From positions 320,001-384,000 of the forward strand of contig CAVTCR010000062.1 of assembly GCA_963733195.1 (NCBI GenBank): a stretch of 64,000 bases of DNA, given 5' to 3'. This document shows positions 54,579-64,000 of the stretch, one piece after another (the stretch's first letter is position 1; every line of letters starts with the position of its first letter). Under the pieces are notes generated by a model. That model ran no database searches and had not been told where the DNA came from. It worked only from the letters and a program-made list of their open reading frames with translations. The translations under genes were made by a program, and so were the position numbers. The DNA is from an uncultured delta proteobacterium (lineage in GTDB: Bacteria > Desulfobacterota > Binatia > Bin18).

Positions 54579-55829
54579 ATGGAAACTCGTCCATCGTTCT
54601 TAGTTCCTGAACAATTTGGCCCTCTTCAAGGAGTACGGATTTTGTCGACTGGCAGTCTTATTGCGCAGCCGTACGCGGCAACGCTTGCCGCCGAAATGGG
54701 TGCAGAAGTCATTCAAGTCGAACGTCCCGGTGAAGGGGATGCTGCATGGCGGCATCTTGGTCGGCAATTGCCCACGACAGATGGCACAGGCAAAATTGCC
54801 ACCACGTGGATTCAGGAACGTCGCAATGAATTCTATGTCTCGCTTGATATGAGCAAACCTGAGGGCAAAGACCTCTTTCTCCGCCTCATCAAATCGTGCG
54901 ATCTGTGGATGGAAAGCTCTAAGCCCGGGAGCTACACGAAATGGGGACTCACGGACGATGTCGTCCTGCAAGCGAATCCCAAAATCGTCATCACCCATGT
55001 GTCCGGCTATGGCCAGTCAGGTCACCCCGAATACTTGGGCCGTGCTTCCTACGATATGATCGGCCAGGCTTTCGGTGGGTTAATGTACCAAACCGGCTTT
55101 CCTGATCCTGATCCACCGATTCGCGCCAATCCCTGGACCGCAGATTATATTACGGCGCTATTTTGCTTGTGGTCATCACTCGCCGGGTATATTTACGCTC
55201 AACGCACTGGCAAGGGGCAAGTCGTTGATGTCTCACAGTTTGAGTCTATTCATCGTTTACTCTCCGGCACAATGGTCGAGTATTTCGCCGATGGGTTTGT
55301 CCGTGGTCGCTCAGGCAATAAAGCCACGGCCTTTCAACCGTACAACACATTTCAAGCTCAAGATGGGTGGGTCGTGATTGGTGCAGTTGGATTTGCCGTC
55401 TTCTCTCGTGTCTGTCACGCGTTGGGATTAGATCCCAATGACCCGAAATGGCAACAGGCAAGTACGGATGTAAACTCCATGGAAGGCATTGAATTCGACG
55501 CTATCCTACAGGGCTGGGTTGCCGAGCGTCCAGTTCAAGAAGTGGTCGAAATCATGAATGCTAACCAAGTGGCGTGCTGCCCCATCATGAATAGCAAAGA
55601 CATGGCAGAAGACCCACATTATCGCGCCCGAAACGTCCACGTGGAATGGGAAGATGAACAAGCTGGTAAAGTCAAAGGCACAGGCATCACGCCCAAGTTC
55701 TCTCTCACGCCGGGAAAGATTTGGCGTGGCTCCGTTGTCGTCGGCCATGACAACGAGCGCATTTATTCTCATTTCGCCGGACTCACAAAAGATGACCTCA
55801 CGCGACTCAAAGAAAAAGGCGTGATCTAG
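54579..55829 (+). CDS. Family III CoA-transferase (CaiB/BaiF)
   Basis: GPLQGVRIL, AEMGAEVIQVERPGEGD, SGYGQSG and YDMIGQAFGGLM. Confidence 0.9.
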   Translation: METRPSFLVPEQFGPLQGVRILSTGSLIAQPYAATLAAEMGAEVIQVERPGEGDAAWRHLGRQLPTTDGTGKIATTWIQERRNEFYVSLDMSKPEGKDLFLRLIKSCDLWMESSKPGSYTKWGLTDDVVLQANPKIVITHVSGYGQSGHPEYLGRASYDMIGQAFGGLMYQTGFPDPDPPIRANPWTADYITALFCLWSSLAGYIYAQRTGKGQVVDVSQFESIHRLLSGTMVEYFADGFVRGRSGNKATAFQPYNTFQAQDGWVVIGAVGFAVFSRVCHALGLDPNDPKWQQASTDVNSMEGIEFDAILQGWVAERPVQEVVEIMNANQVACCPIMNSKDMAEDPHYRARNVHVEWEDEQAGKVKGTGITPKFSLTPGKIWRGSVVVGHDNERIYSHFAGLTKDDLTRLKEKGVI

Positions 55830-55934
55830 CACCGCAAAAAAGGGGGAAATGGAAGAGGAAAAAAGCGAACATTCCTCGGTGACCATTTTACCGTTTCTCC
55901 TTTTCGCCGTTTTCCCTTTCCCCAGTCGATACGC

Positions 55935-56855
55935 ATGTCGTTATTAGAAATCTCCGAGTTATATAAACGCTACGATGCGGTCGAGGCACTCAAAGGCGTG
56001 TCGTTTTCCGTTGAACGCGGAGAGATCTTCGGCCTGCTAGGGCCGAACGGCGCAGGCAAGTCCACTACGATTAACATTCTCCTGGGACTTATTCTGGCCG
56101 ACAGCGGACGCATCGAGGTCTTTGGGCAAGACTTCACCCATCATTCACTTGCGATTCGGCGACGCATGAACGTTGCCGCTGCTTTTACCAGCCTCAATGG
56201 TGTTCTCACTGTTCGAGAGAACCTGCGCGTGTATGGTCATATCTACGGGGTAAAGAATATTCGCGCCAAAATTGACGAACTCCTTGAACGCTTTGAGATT
56301 GCCGATCTTGCCGATAAGAAATTACAGTATCTAAGTTCTGGACAACACACGCGAGTGACCCTGTGCAAAGGACTCATCAACGACCCCGAACTCCTCTTGT
56401 TGGATGAATGTACTGTCGGACTTGATCCGGACATTGCTGAGAAGACACGACGAGCACTCAAGGAGTTTCAGCGCGAGAAACACACGACGATTCTGTTTAC
56501 ATCGCACAATATGAACGAGGTTGAAGAACTGTGTGGCCGCATCGCCTTTCTCAGCAAAGGGCAGATTCTCCGCATCGACACCACCGAACGCATTACACAA
56601 CTCATTCCACAACAAACGCTCACCATCCGTTTTCGCGCTGGGACCGCAGTGACCGCCCTTCCCCGGCCTGACACTCTTCCTCCGGCTGAAGTCGGGACGG
56701 ACGCAACGCTCCGCTTTGTCCTTACTGACCCTGAGCAGCAGCTTGACGCTATCTTACGGCACTTTACTCAATCCGGGGCAACGATTGCGGATGTTCAACT
56801 CGTTCGTCCAACACTAGAGGATGTGTTCATCAAAATCGCACGAGGAGAAATCTGA
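55935..56855 (+). CDS. ABC-2 type transporter ATP-binding protein
   Basis: GPNGAGKST, LSSGQ, LLLDE and PTLEDVF. Confidence 0.92.
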   Translation: MSLLEISELYKRYDAVEALKGVSFSVERGEIFGLLGPNGAGKSTTINILLGLILADSGRIEVFGQDFTHHSLAIRRRMNVAAAFTSLNGVLTVRENLRVYGHIYGVKNIRAKIDELLERFEIADLADKKLQYLSSGQHTRVTLCKGLINDPELLLLDECTVGLDPDIAEKTRRALKEFQREKHTTILFTSHNMNEVEELCGRIAFLSKGQILRIDTTERITQLIPQQTLTIRFRAGTAVTALPRPDTLPPAEVGTDATLRFVLTDPEQQLDAILRHFTQSGATIADVQLVRPTLEDVFIKIARGEI

Positions 56856-56957
56856 GGAGAGTGAAGAATGTAAGAATGAAGAGTGAATAATGAAAAACCG
56901 TCTTTTTACCTTCTAATCTGCATTCTTAACTTTTAATTCGTCATTCTTCATTATCCT

Positions 56958-57776
56958 ATGAATTACCAGGAGCTGTATAGTTTCCGAGCGTCAGTCGTGT
57001 GGGGCTTGGTCTATAAGTTCGCGACCATCTGCTATCGCAGCCTGGATCGCATTTTTGATATCGTTTACTGGCCGGTGATTTCACTGCTCTTGTGGGGATT
57101 CACCAGTACCTTCGTTGCGACAACCTCGTCGACCTCTGGTGTCATGGAATTCTTCCTTGGTGGCACGGTGCTGTGGAGTTTATTCTGGCGCGCGCAAACA
57201 GATGTCGGGACGTTTGTTCTAGAAGACTTCTGGAGTCGTAATATTTACAACTTGTTTGCCTCTCCTGTCACGCCACTCGAACTTTTCAGTGCGATCGGGC
57301 TGATCGGGCTGTTTCGCTGCATCCTAAGCTTCATCTTTCTCAGTCTGCTCGCCTGGTTTCTGTATGCGTTTAATATTCTCTTGGTGGGCGGGACTGCACT
57401 GATCATCTTTACCAGCATTCTCCTGCTCTTTGGCTGGGTCGTCGGCATCATCATCGCCGCGTTGATTTTTCGCTATGGTCTACGTATTCAAGTGCTCGCC
57501 TGGTCGGTCGGATTCATTATTCAGCCCTTTAGCTGTGTCTTTTATCCGCTGGAGAGCATGCCACGTTGGGTACAGATAATCGCCGTCACTCTCCCGACCA
57601 CTCACGTATTTGAGGGCCTACGTCACGCTATCGCCACTGGAGAAATTGCCCGCCAATCCCTGTTCTTCGCGTTGGGCCTTACAGCGGTACTACTCCTTGT
57701 GTCGCTGTGGTTTTTTCAATACGCCTTACAACAGGCGAAACGGCGTGGACTGCTTACTCGTGCAGAGATGGCGTAG
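56958..57776 (+). CDS. ABC-2 type transporter permease
   Basis: About six hydrophobic segments and FYPLESMPRW...PTTHVFEGLR. Confidence 0.88.
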   Translation: MNYQELYSFRASVVWGLVYKFATICYRSLDRIFDIVYWPVISLLLWGFTSTFVATTSSTSGVMEFFLGGTVLWSLFWRAQTDVGTFVLEDFWSRNIYNLFASPVTPLELFSAIGLIGLFRCILSFIFLSLLAWFLYAFNILLVGGTALIIFTSILLLFGWVVGIIIAALIFRYGLRIQVLAWSVGFIIQPFSCVFYPLESMPRWVQIIAVTLPTTHVFEGLRHAIATGEIARQSLFFALGLTAVLLLVSLWFFQYALQQAKRRGLLTRAEMA

Positions 57777-57876
57777 CAACGAATGATAAATGCAGAATAA
57801 AAGATGAGGAAAGCGTAGGAACTGTTTGTTTGTTCATCGTTCAGCATTCCGCATTCATCACAACAACGGAGGCCCC

Positions 57877-58284
57877 ATGCCCGGTAAACTCAAAGCCTTT
57901 CACGAATTCCGCTCGGCAATGAACGAAAAACTCCTCAGCAAAGGCAATCTGCAGCTCAAACGATTCTTCAATCTCGACTCGCAAGTCTACGTCGATGGTG
58001 CGCTGCCGAGCAAAACAAAAGAGCTGATGGGGCTTGTCGCCTCAGCAGTGTTACGCTGTGACGATTGCATAACCTATCACATGATTCAGTGCGCGGACCA
58101 AGGAGTGACGGACGAGGAGTTCTTCGAGACATTTAATGTTATTCTTATTGTCGGTGGTTCAATTACCATCCCGCATGTCCGCCGCGCCGTGGAAACTCTA
58201 GAAGAGATCCGCACAAGCGAAAAACGGCAAATGGATAAAAGGGGAAAAGGAAAAACGGCAAAGGCAAGAGAGAAGAAAGGATAA
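57877..58284 (+). CDS. Carboxymuconolactone decarboxylase/AhpD family protein
   Basis: GALPSKTKELMGLVASAVLRCDDCITYH. Confidence 0.88.
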   Translation: MPGKLKAFHEFRSAMNEKLLSKGNLQLKRFFNLDSQVYVDGALPSKTKELMGLVASAVLRCDDCITYHMIQCADQGVTDEEFFETFNVILIVGGSITIPHVRRAVETLEEIRTSEKRQMDKRGKGKTAKAREKKG

Positions 58285-58307
58285 GGGATAAAAGGAGAAA
58301 GGCGATT

Positions 58308-59763
58308 ATGAAATGAAGCGTCATCATCGCTGCTGTCTTTCTCTGTACTGGGAGTTTTTATGGCCAATGCACAGGACAAACCCACTCCACCGAGTGCGAC
58401 ACCCGCACCACGCAAAAGCACGCTCGCGGAACAATCACAAGTTGCGCTGACGGTGTACAACTCTAACATTGCGTTAGTGAAAGAACAGCGGGACATCGAT
58501 CTTGCCTCAGGAGAGAATACCTTACAGTTTAGTCGATGTAGCCGCTCAGATCATTCCGACCACTGTACACATCAAATCCTTAAGTGATGCCCAGGCGTTA
58601 CAGGTCCTGGAACAGAATTACGAATACGACTTGTTGAATCCAGAGAAATTGCTAGAGAAGTATGTTGGCAAGGAAGTAAAAATTTTCGATAAAAACTATT
58701 ATACCGGCAAAGATGAAATTGCGGTCGCCACCCTGCTCTCAACCAACAATGGCTTTGTCTATCAGATCAATAACGAGATTCACATTAATCCCCCGGGGCG
58801 CGTCATTCTTCCTCAGGTGCCAGAGAACTTGATAGCCAAGCCAACACTCGTGTGGTTCCTACGCGCGAGCCGCGCAGGAAAACAAAAAATCGAAGCCTCT
58901 TATCTGACTAATCAGATCACCTGGCAGGCAGACTATGTCACCGTGCTCAACCTCGATGACACAAAAGCCGATCTGACTGGGTGGGTCACGATCGACAACA
59001 AATCAGGCAGCCACCTATCAAAATGCCACGTTGAAACTCGTTGCTGGCGATGTTCATCGCCTCACGCCCCCACAAATGTATGGCAAAACCATGGCGATGG
59101 AAGCCCGCGTCCAGGCCGCACCTCCCCAGTTCAAAGAAGAAGCCTTCTTTGAATATCATTTGTATACGTTAGATCGTCCGGCAACCGTAAAAGATAATCA
59201 AACTAAACAAATGACATTGCTGTCTGCTCTGGAAATTCCTATCACCAAGCGCCTACTATTCAGAGGACAGCAAATGTATTTTTACGATGCGTATGGCGAA
59301 GAAACATTTCAAAAACAGAAAGTGAGTGTCGTGCTCGAAATCGAAAATATCGCAGACGAATAATCTCGGCATACCACTGCCGAAAGGCACAGTCCGTGTC
59401 TACAAAGCCGACAAAGATGGCGGCATCAATTTATCGGTGAAGATGCGATTGATCACACACCCAAAGACGAGAAGTTCACTATTAAGATGGGGGAAGCGTT
59501 CGATGTCATTGGGAATCGTAAGCAGACCGATTTCAAGCGGATCTCACAAACAGTAACTCGAGAATGACATGGGAGATTGCCTCCGCAACCACAAAACCGA
59601 AGCAGTTACTGTCCGTGTCGAGGAGCCTGTCCCCGGCGATTGGGATGTACTCTCCAATTCACACAAGTACACCAAAGTCGACGCTCACACCTTGCAGTTT
59701 GATGTGCCTGTACCACAGAACGGCGAGGTCAAGGTGACGTATCGAGTGCGGGTGAAGATGTAA
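58308..59763 (+). CDS. DUF4139 domain-containing secreted protein (frameshifts)
   Basis: [29 protein letters not shown]...[13 protein letters not shown] and [13 protein letters not shown]. Confidence 0.82.
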
Positions 59764-59856
59764 CGCAAGGCCATAGACTATAGGCCGCAGTCTATAGGGA
59801 AAAACCTTATCGAAACACAGAATACTCGTAGACTTTATGCTACGGTCCCTCGGGTG

Positions 59857-59950
59857 TGTCATTCTGAGCCCTTCGCTTCCGCTCATCCTGAGCGTAGACG
59901 CGCAGCGTCGAAGTCGAAGGACGCTCAGAATAAACTCCGCGAAGAATCTC
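59857..59950. repeat. Nested palindromic intergenic element
   Basis: TGTCATTCTGAGC...CCTGAGCGTAG...GTCGAAGG ACGCTCAGAATAAACTCCGCGAAGAATCTC. Confidence 0.65.
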
Positions 59951-60018
59951 TCGGAAAACCCTTCTACGATTATAGGTTATCTCAATGGTGTTGTTCCCGT
60001 ATCAGTGTAACTACATCT

Positions 60019-60213
60019 TCACTCGACAATCTCTTGTACCCTGCCAATCGCGCCGGTCTCAAGGCGCACTTTAATCCCATGCGGATGATGAGGTGAGCTC
60101 GTCAGAATATCTTTGACGACGCCGCGAGTTCTCCTCCCGCTGCGTTGATCCTGTTTCATGACGATATCGACCTGCAGGCCAGGTCTAATATCCTTCCGGT
60201 TTTGCCCGTTCAT
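60019..60213 (-). CDS. YwbE family protein (DUF2196)
   Basis: MNGQNRKDIRPGLQVDIVMKQDQRSG...GVVKDILTSSPHHPHGIKVRL..G.IGRV. Confidence 0.9.
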   Translation of the reverse strand: MNGQNRKDIRPGLQVDIVMKQDQRSGRRTRGVVKDILTSSPHHPHGIKVRLETGAIGRVQEIVE

Positions 60214-60992
60214 GGTTTCAATTCTCCCTCGATAGGGAAACAAAGCATGCATAATACGTCCAGTCACCGTTTGCTGCCTGATCTGAGACCTCTCGGATTT
60301 CTTCTGACACTAAAATAGCACTACCCAGAGTGCAAGTAAGGAACGACCTACCACTGCCGGTCACGTGCATGGTGCTGACAAGTAGTAAGCCGTTCGGTTG
60401 ACGTGAGGCTTTCTTCATTATCGCCAGAGTCTCTTTGATGATTTTGTCATTTCGTTTTTGACTTTGCTTCCTTGATTGTGATTTCCTGATAGCTGCTCGC
60501 GTGTTCTGCAAACGACCTCAGCAGCCTGCGAAGGTCATGGATATCTGCGAAGGGGGGAAACAGATGTCCCGCAACGATCAGGTCACTCGCCAATGGTTAT
60601 TGCTGAAAAACTGGAGCGTTCACACGGCGCAACGCTCCAAGAACTCGCAGATACCCTCCCCGAAGATTATTCCCGCCACCCAGAACGATTCGACGCGACC
60701 TAGAAGCGCTCGAACCCGTTTTCCGTCTGGTGACTGAACAGTGTGAATAGACAGACGCGCTGGCGGCTGATGGACGGGTATCGGCAAGTGCCACCGCTTG
60801 CACTTTCGCCAACAGAACTCATGGCGCTAGTGTTTAGTCGGAACTTACTCAAACCGCTTGACGGGACCGAGATCAAAACTCCCTTGATTCCGCATTAAAT
60901 AAAGCCGCCGCGCTACTGCCGCCGAAGGTGCGGCTTACGTGCAGCAGATGCAGGGGTATTTTGCTGTTGGCCTTGGACCACACAAGACCTAA

Positions 60993-62301
60993 GGAGCTGT
61001 CCATAAACAAGTGTAACAACTTCAGGCGAGCGCCACGGAAGGGCGGATCGCGTAGTTCCAGTCCCCATGAAAATCAGCCGGAAACAAATTGACCGCGGCG
61101 AATTGCTTTTGCGTAATGCGGATGCCGGTTGGGATAGCACCCCGTGTCGAGTTCAGCCTGAACGCGCAACCCGGTGGTCGTGGTCGTGTGGGCAATCAAT
61201 TCGATAATGACAGCGTGACTCGTCAAGGGCTGCCCCCGCCAGTTGGTCGAGATCTGGCTAAACAAGCGATGTTCGATCTTGTTCCATTTGCTAGTCCCTG
61301 GAGGGAAGTGGCAAACCTGGATCCTCACTCCCAGTTCGTCGGCCAACGCTTGCAGCGAGACTTTCCACAGGCGGCTGCGACTGCCGTTGCTGCCTCCGCC
61401 ATCGGCCGTAATCAACAGTTCCCGTGCGTGCGGATACAAAGGCTGCCCGAGGTTTTGCCACCACCGCCGAATCGTGGCCACCGCAAAGGCGGCCGTATCA
61501 TGGTCAATGCCCACACTGACCCAGCCCAGGTTCGCCGTGAGGTCATAAATGCCGTAAGGAATTGCCTTGCCCAGTTTGGGTCGGCAAAGTCGTGGACGCG
61601 CACGCGGGTGGGCTGGCCCCGTCGACACCATTCGCGGCCCGGGTTTTTGAACTCGCCGACCAACTCTTTCTTCTTGGTATCGACCGAAATGACCGGCAGG
61701 CCCGCGCCTGAAAAGCCGCGACGGCGGCCGCGATATACTCGAACTGCGCATTGCGATCGGGATGCTGACTGCCCTCGCGGGTTTTCCGATTGGCCTGCAA
61801 GCTGTACCCCAGCTCGTGCAGCAAGTCCGCCACTTTCTGCCGTTCGATGTGAAACCCCTGTTCCTGCAGTTCGGTCGCCAGCCGCCGCACGCCCTTACAG
61901 GTCCACCGCAACGACGACTCCGGATCTCCACGGGCCGTGGGCTCGACCAGCGCCTCCAGCGCATCGGGCAACTCCGGCTGTGTCACCACCAGTGGTTTCC
62001 GTCCACCCCCAGTACTTCTGATCCGCTGGGGACGCCACGAGGACTGGAGGCTGCTCAGCTCCTTCAGCCCCGCGTGAATCGCGCGCCGCGAGATCCCCGT
62101 GACCCGTGCCACTGCCGAAATTCCCCCATAGCCCAGCGATTTCGCTTCCACTGCTGCCCACACACCGCCGTTCCCGTTCATTGAGCAGCGCACCCAGATC
62201 AGCAAATCGCTGGCGAATAGCCGCGTCTATGCTCGCTCGTTGCATAGACACGCTTTACGTGATCCATCACCAAGTTGTTACGGTTATTTATGGACAATTC
62301 C
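60993..62301 (-). mobile_element. ISAzo13-family insertion sequence
   Basis: Terminal inverted repeats GGAGCTGTCCATAAACAAGTGTAACAACTT and (reverse complement) GGAATTGTCCATAAATAACCGTAACAACTT, flanked by TAA (left) and TAC (right). Confidence 0.9.
61022..62245 (-). CDS. ISAzo13-family DDE transposase (frameshifts)
   Basis: RGDPESSLRWTCK, GYSLQANRKTREG, HPDRNAQFEYI, GKAIPYGIYD, ADGGGSNG, PPGTSKWNKIEHRLFS and FHGDWNY. Confidence 0.92.
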
Positions 62302-62850
62302 TACCGCCAGCATCAACGGACAATTGATCAACTCACCCGTGCCATCGCCCAATCACGTACCATACAGATGCGCTATTACTCAGCCTCACGAGACGTGACT
62401 AACCGCCGCGAAGCAGACCCATACCGATTGTGGTACACGGACGGAGCACTCTATCTTATTGCTCACTGTCATCGACATGGCGAACCTCGCATGTTCGCGG
62501 TCGATCGCATTCGTTCGCTAACGATTACCAATCAGCCGTGCCAACTCCCGCTGGGCTTTGATCTTGATGCCTACGTACGAGACGCACTCGTAGTGATGCG
62601 AGGAAAGCCGATCGAGGTGGAACAGTTATTCGATCGGTCGAACTGCAGCGTGGGCAAAGGATCGCCAGTGGCATCAGAGTCAACAGAGTACCGTGCACAA
62701 GGATGGACAGGTAACCATGCGGTTGCAAGTCGCCGACACCCGCGAGTTAGTGGGGTGGATTTTACATTTTGGCAGTGGCGTGCGGGTTATCGAGCCGCAA
62801 TCGCTACGAGAAAAGGTGCAGGAAGAGGCACGAAAAATATTTTCGCACGT

Positions 62851-62867
62851 GTGACCCCGGATGTCAC
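62851..62867. promoter_or_regulatory. Palindrome GTGAC-N7-GTCAC, putative WYL-regulator operator
   Basis: GTGACCCCGGATGTCAC overlaps the WYL stop codon and ends 25 nt before the cas3 ATG. Confidence 0.5.
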
Positions 62868-62892
62868 GCTCGTCTGGTAAGCAACGACAATT

Positions 62893-64000
62893 ATGCACAC
62901 ACCATCTCTTCTTTGGGCAAAGAAACATGGACCAAAGGATAACGAAGTTTGGCACCCTCTCCTGTATCACATGATCGATGTCGGTGTGGTAGCCGCAGAA
63001 CTTTGGCACCATGCGTTGCATCGTTCACTCCGGCGGTTCTTTGTAGTTGAGTTTGGTCTTTCTGAACAAGAGACAGTTGCATGGATTTGTTTTCTGGCAG
63101 CGTTACACGATACCGGCAAAGCCTCTCCTGCCTTTCAGAAACAAAGTACCCAAAGCAGTACAACTCCGGTCACAGGGAAAAGGATTCAAATTTGCGCCCC
63201 ATGCACTTCGTTGTCCGCATGGCATCATCACTGCGGATGTTCTGGCTGATCTCTCTGCAATCCTTCTGTATGCCCGCTGATTTTCCCCGCGAGTTAAGGA
63301 AAAGCAGTTGCCTTAACTGTTGGTGGTCATCACGGCGTCTTCGACAAGGACAAATCAAGACCGAATCAACGGGGAAACGAGTCACGGTGGCGTGAAAGGT
63401 CCGGCAAGATATTATCGCTGCGCTTGCAGAGCTTTTCGCTGTCCCTCGTTCGGTAATCCCACGCTCCAGCGCAAATCCAGCCCTGTACATCTTGCTTGCG
63501 GGATTGACCTGCGCAGCCGACTGGATTGGTTCTGATGAACGATACTTTCCCTATTCTCCCGATGAGGCCAGATCCGGCACGCTACCTTGCCAGCGCACGG
63601 CAGCGAGCTGCCCACGCTGTTCAGTCTTTGGGCTGGTCTGGTTGGCATCCTCCCACCTCGTCGGCAGCGTTCAATGATTTGTTTCCCTTTATTGTCGATC
63701 CGCGCCCTTTACAGATCGAAGCTATTGCTCTCTGCCCCGCGCTCTCAACGGCTCAGCCTCTTTGATTATTATCGAGGCACCGATGGGAGAAGGAAAAACC
63801 GAAGCGGCCATGTTTCTGGCTGACTACTGGGCAGCAACCCAGCAACAGCAAGGCTGCTATTTCGCTTTACCGACGCAAGCCACCAGCAATCAGATGTTTG
63901 GACGCGTCAAAAAAATTCCTGAAAGCACGTTATTCTAACTTCCGGGTAAATACTCAACTCGTTCATGGGGCAACGTTACTGTCACAAGAATTCACTGAAC
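62893..64000 (+). CDS. cas3: CRISPR-associated HD nuclease/helicase Cas3, type I-E-like (frameshifts, runs off window)
   Basis: LWAK...WHPLLYHMIDV, ALHDTGKASPAFQ, GGHHG, AADWIGS, Walker A EAPMGEGKTEAA, FALPTQATSNQMF and QLVHG. Confidence 0.92.

Larger units (their letters stand above)
60564..62854 (+). pseudogene. wHTH-WYL-WCX transcriptional regulator interrupted by an IS
   Basis: N-terminus MSRNDQVTRQW...RTIRRDLEALE; WYL domain IQMRYYSASR...RREADPYRLWYTDGALYLIAHC...FAVDRI; WCX segment WILHFGSGVRVIEPQSLR. Removing the IS restores HKT-YRQH. Confidence 0.85.

Noticed and set aside
60218-60511. 97-aa minus-strand ORF upstream of the YwbE gene
   Set aside because: Non-ATG start, no recognisable family; it may be coding but cannot be supported.
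61089-62021. 310-aa plus-strand ORF inside the IS
   Set aside because: It is the antisense shadow of the GC-rich transposase gene.
6256-64000. Mass pseudogenisation or programmed frameshifting in the many split genes
   Set aside because: Breaks are mostly 1-nt indels scattered through housekeeping genes (E2, sthA, uvrA) whose motifs are otherwise intact. This is typical of unpolished long-read consensus.
62893-64000. CRISPR array
   Set aside because: No 25-40 bp repeats with unique spacers anywhere in the window. An array may lie beyond the window end. The heptamer tracts have no spacers.

Overview
64 kb of a bacterial chromosome of moderate GC. The gene repertoire suggests a Deltaproteobacteria/Binatota-like organism (inference only). 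Single-base indels split many ordinary genes, most likely from an unpolished long-read assembly, so split ORFs are reported as single genes. The housekeeping and metabolic backbone includes xerD, meaB, chdC/hemQ, a double-length uvrA, a CNNM/CBS protein, a 2-oxoacid/acetoin dehydrogenase E1a/E1b/E2 operon, sthA, acpS, a radical SAM protein, c-di-GMP genes, a CoA-transferase and an ABC-2 transporter. Five accessory elements stand out. (1) An integron-integrase remnant with an attC-like half site lies next to xerD. (2) A 15 kb array of four paralogous class III cyclase-TM-TolB-like-TPR genes; each has the same TTGACA-N18-RATAAT promoter and a 3' heptamer tract, and the copies are separated by different toxin-antitoxin or nuclease cargo. 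Three of the four have a charge-reversed base-specificity pair. (3) About 25 tracts of 7-8 nt tandem repeats, often in inverted pairs. One pair brackets a four-helix-bundle gene, others sit in frame in protein linkers, and the same linker carries a different repeat unit in different cyclase paralogs. (4) A STAND-like ATPase/TPR regulator followed by a secreted HEAT-repeat protein and a zinc metalloprotease with FG-GAP-like repeats. (5) A WYL regulator interrupted by an ISAzo13-family IS directly upstream of a type I-E-like cas3 that runs off the window end. No rRNA, tRNA or CRISPR array was seen.
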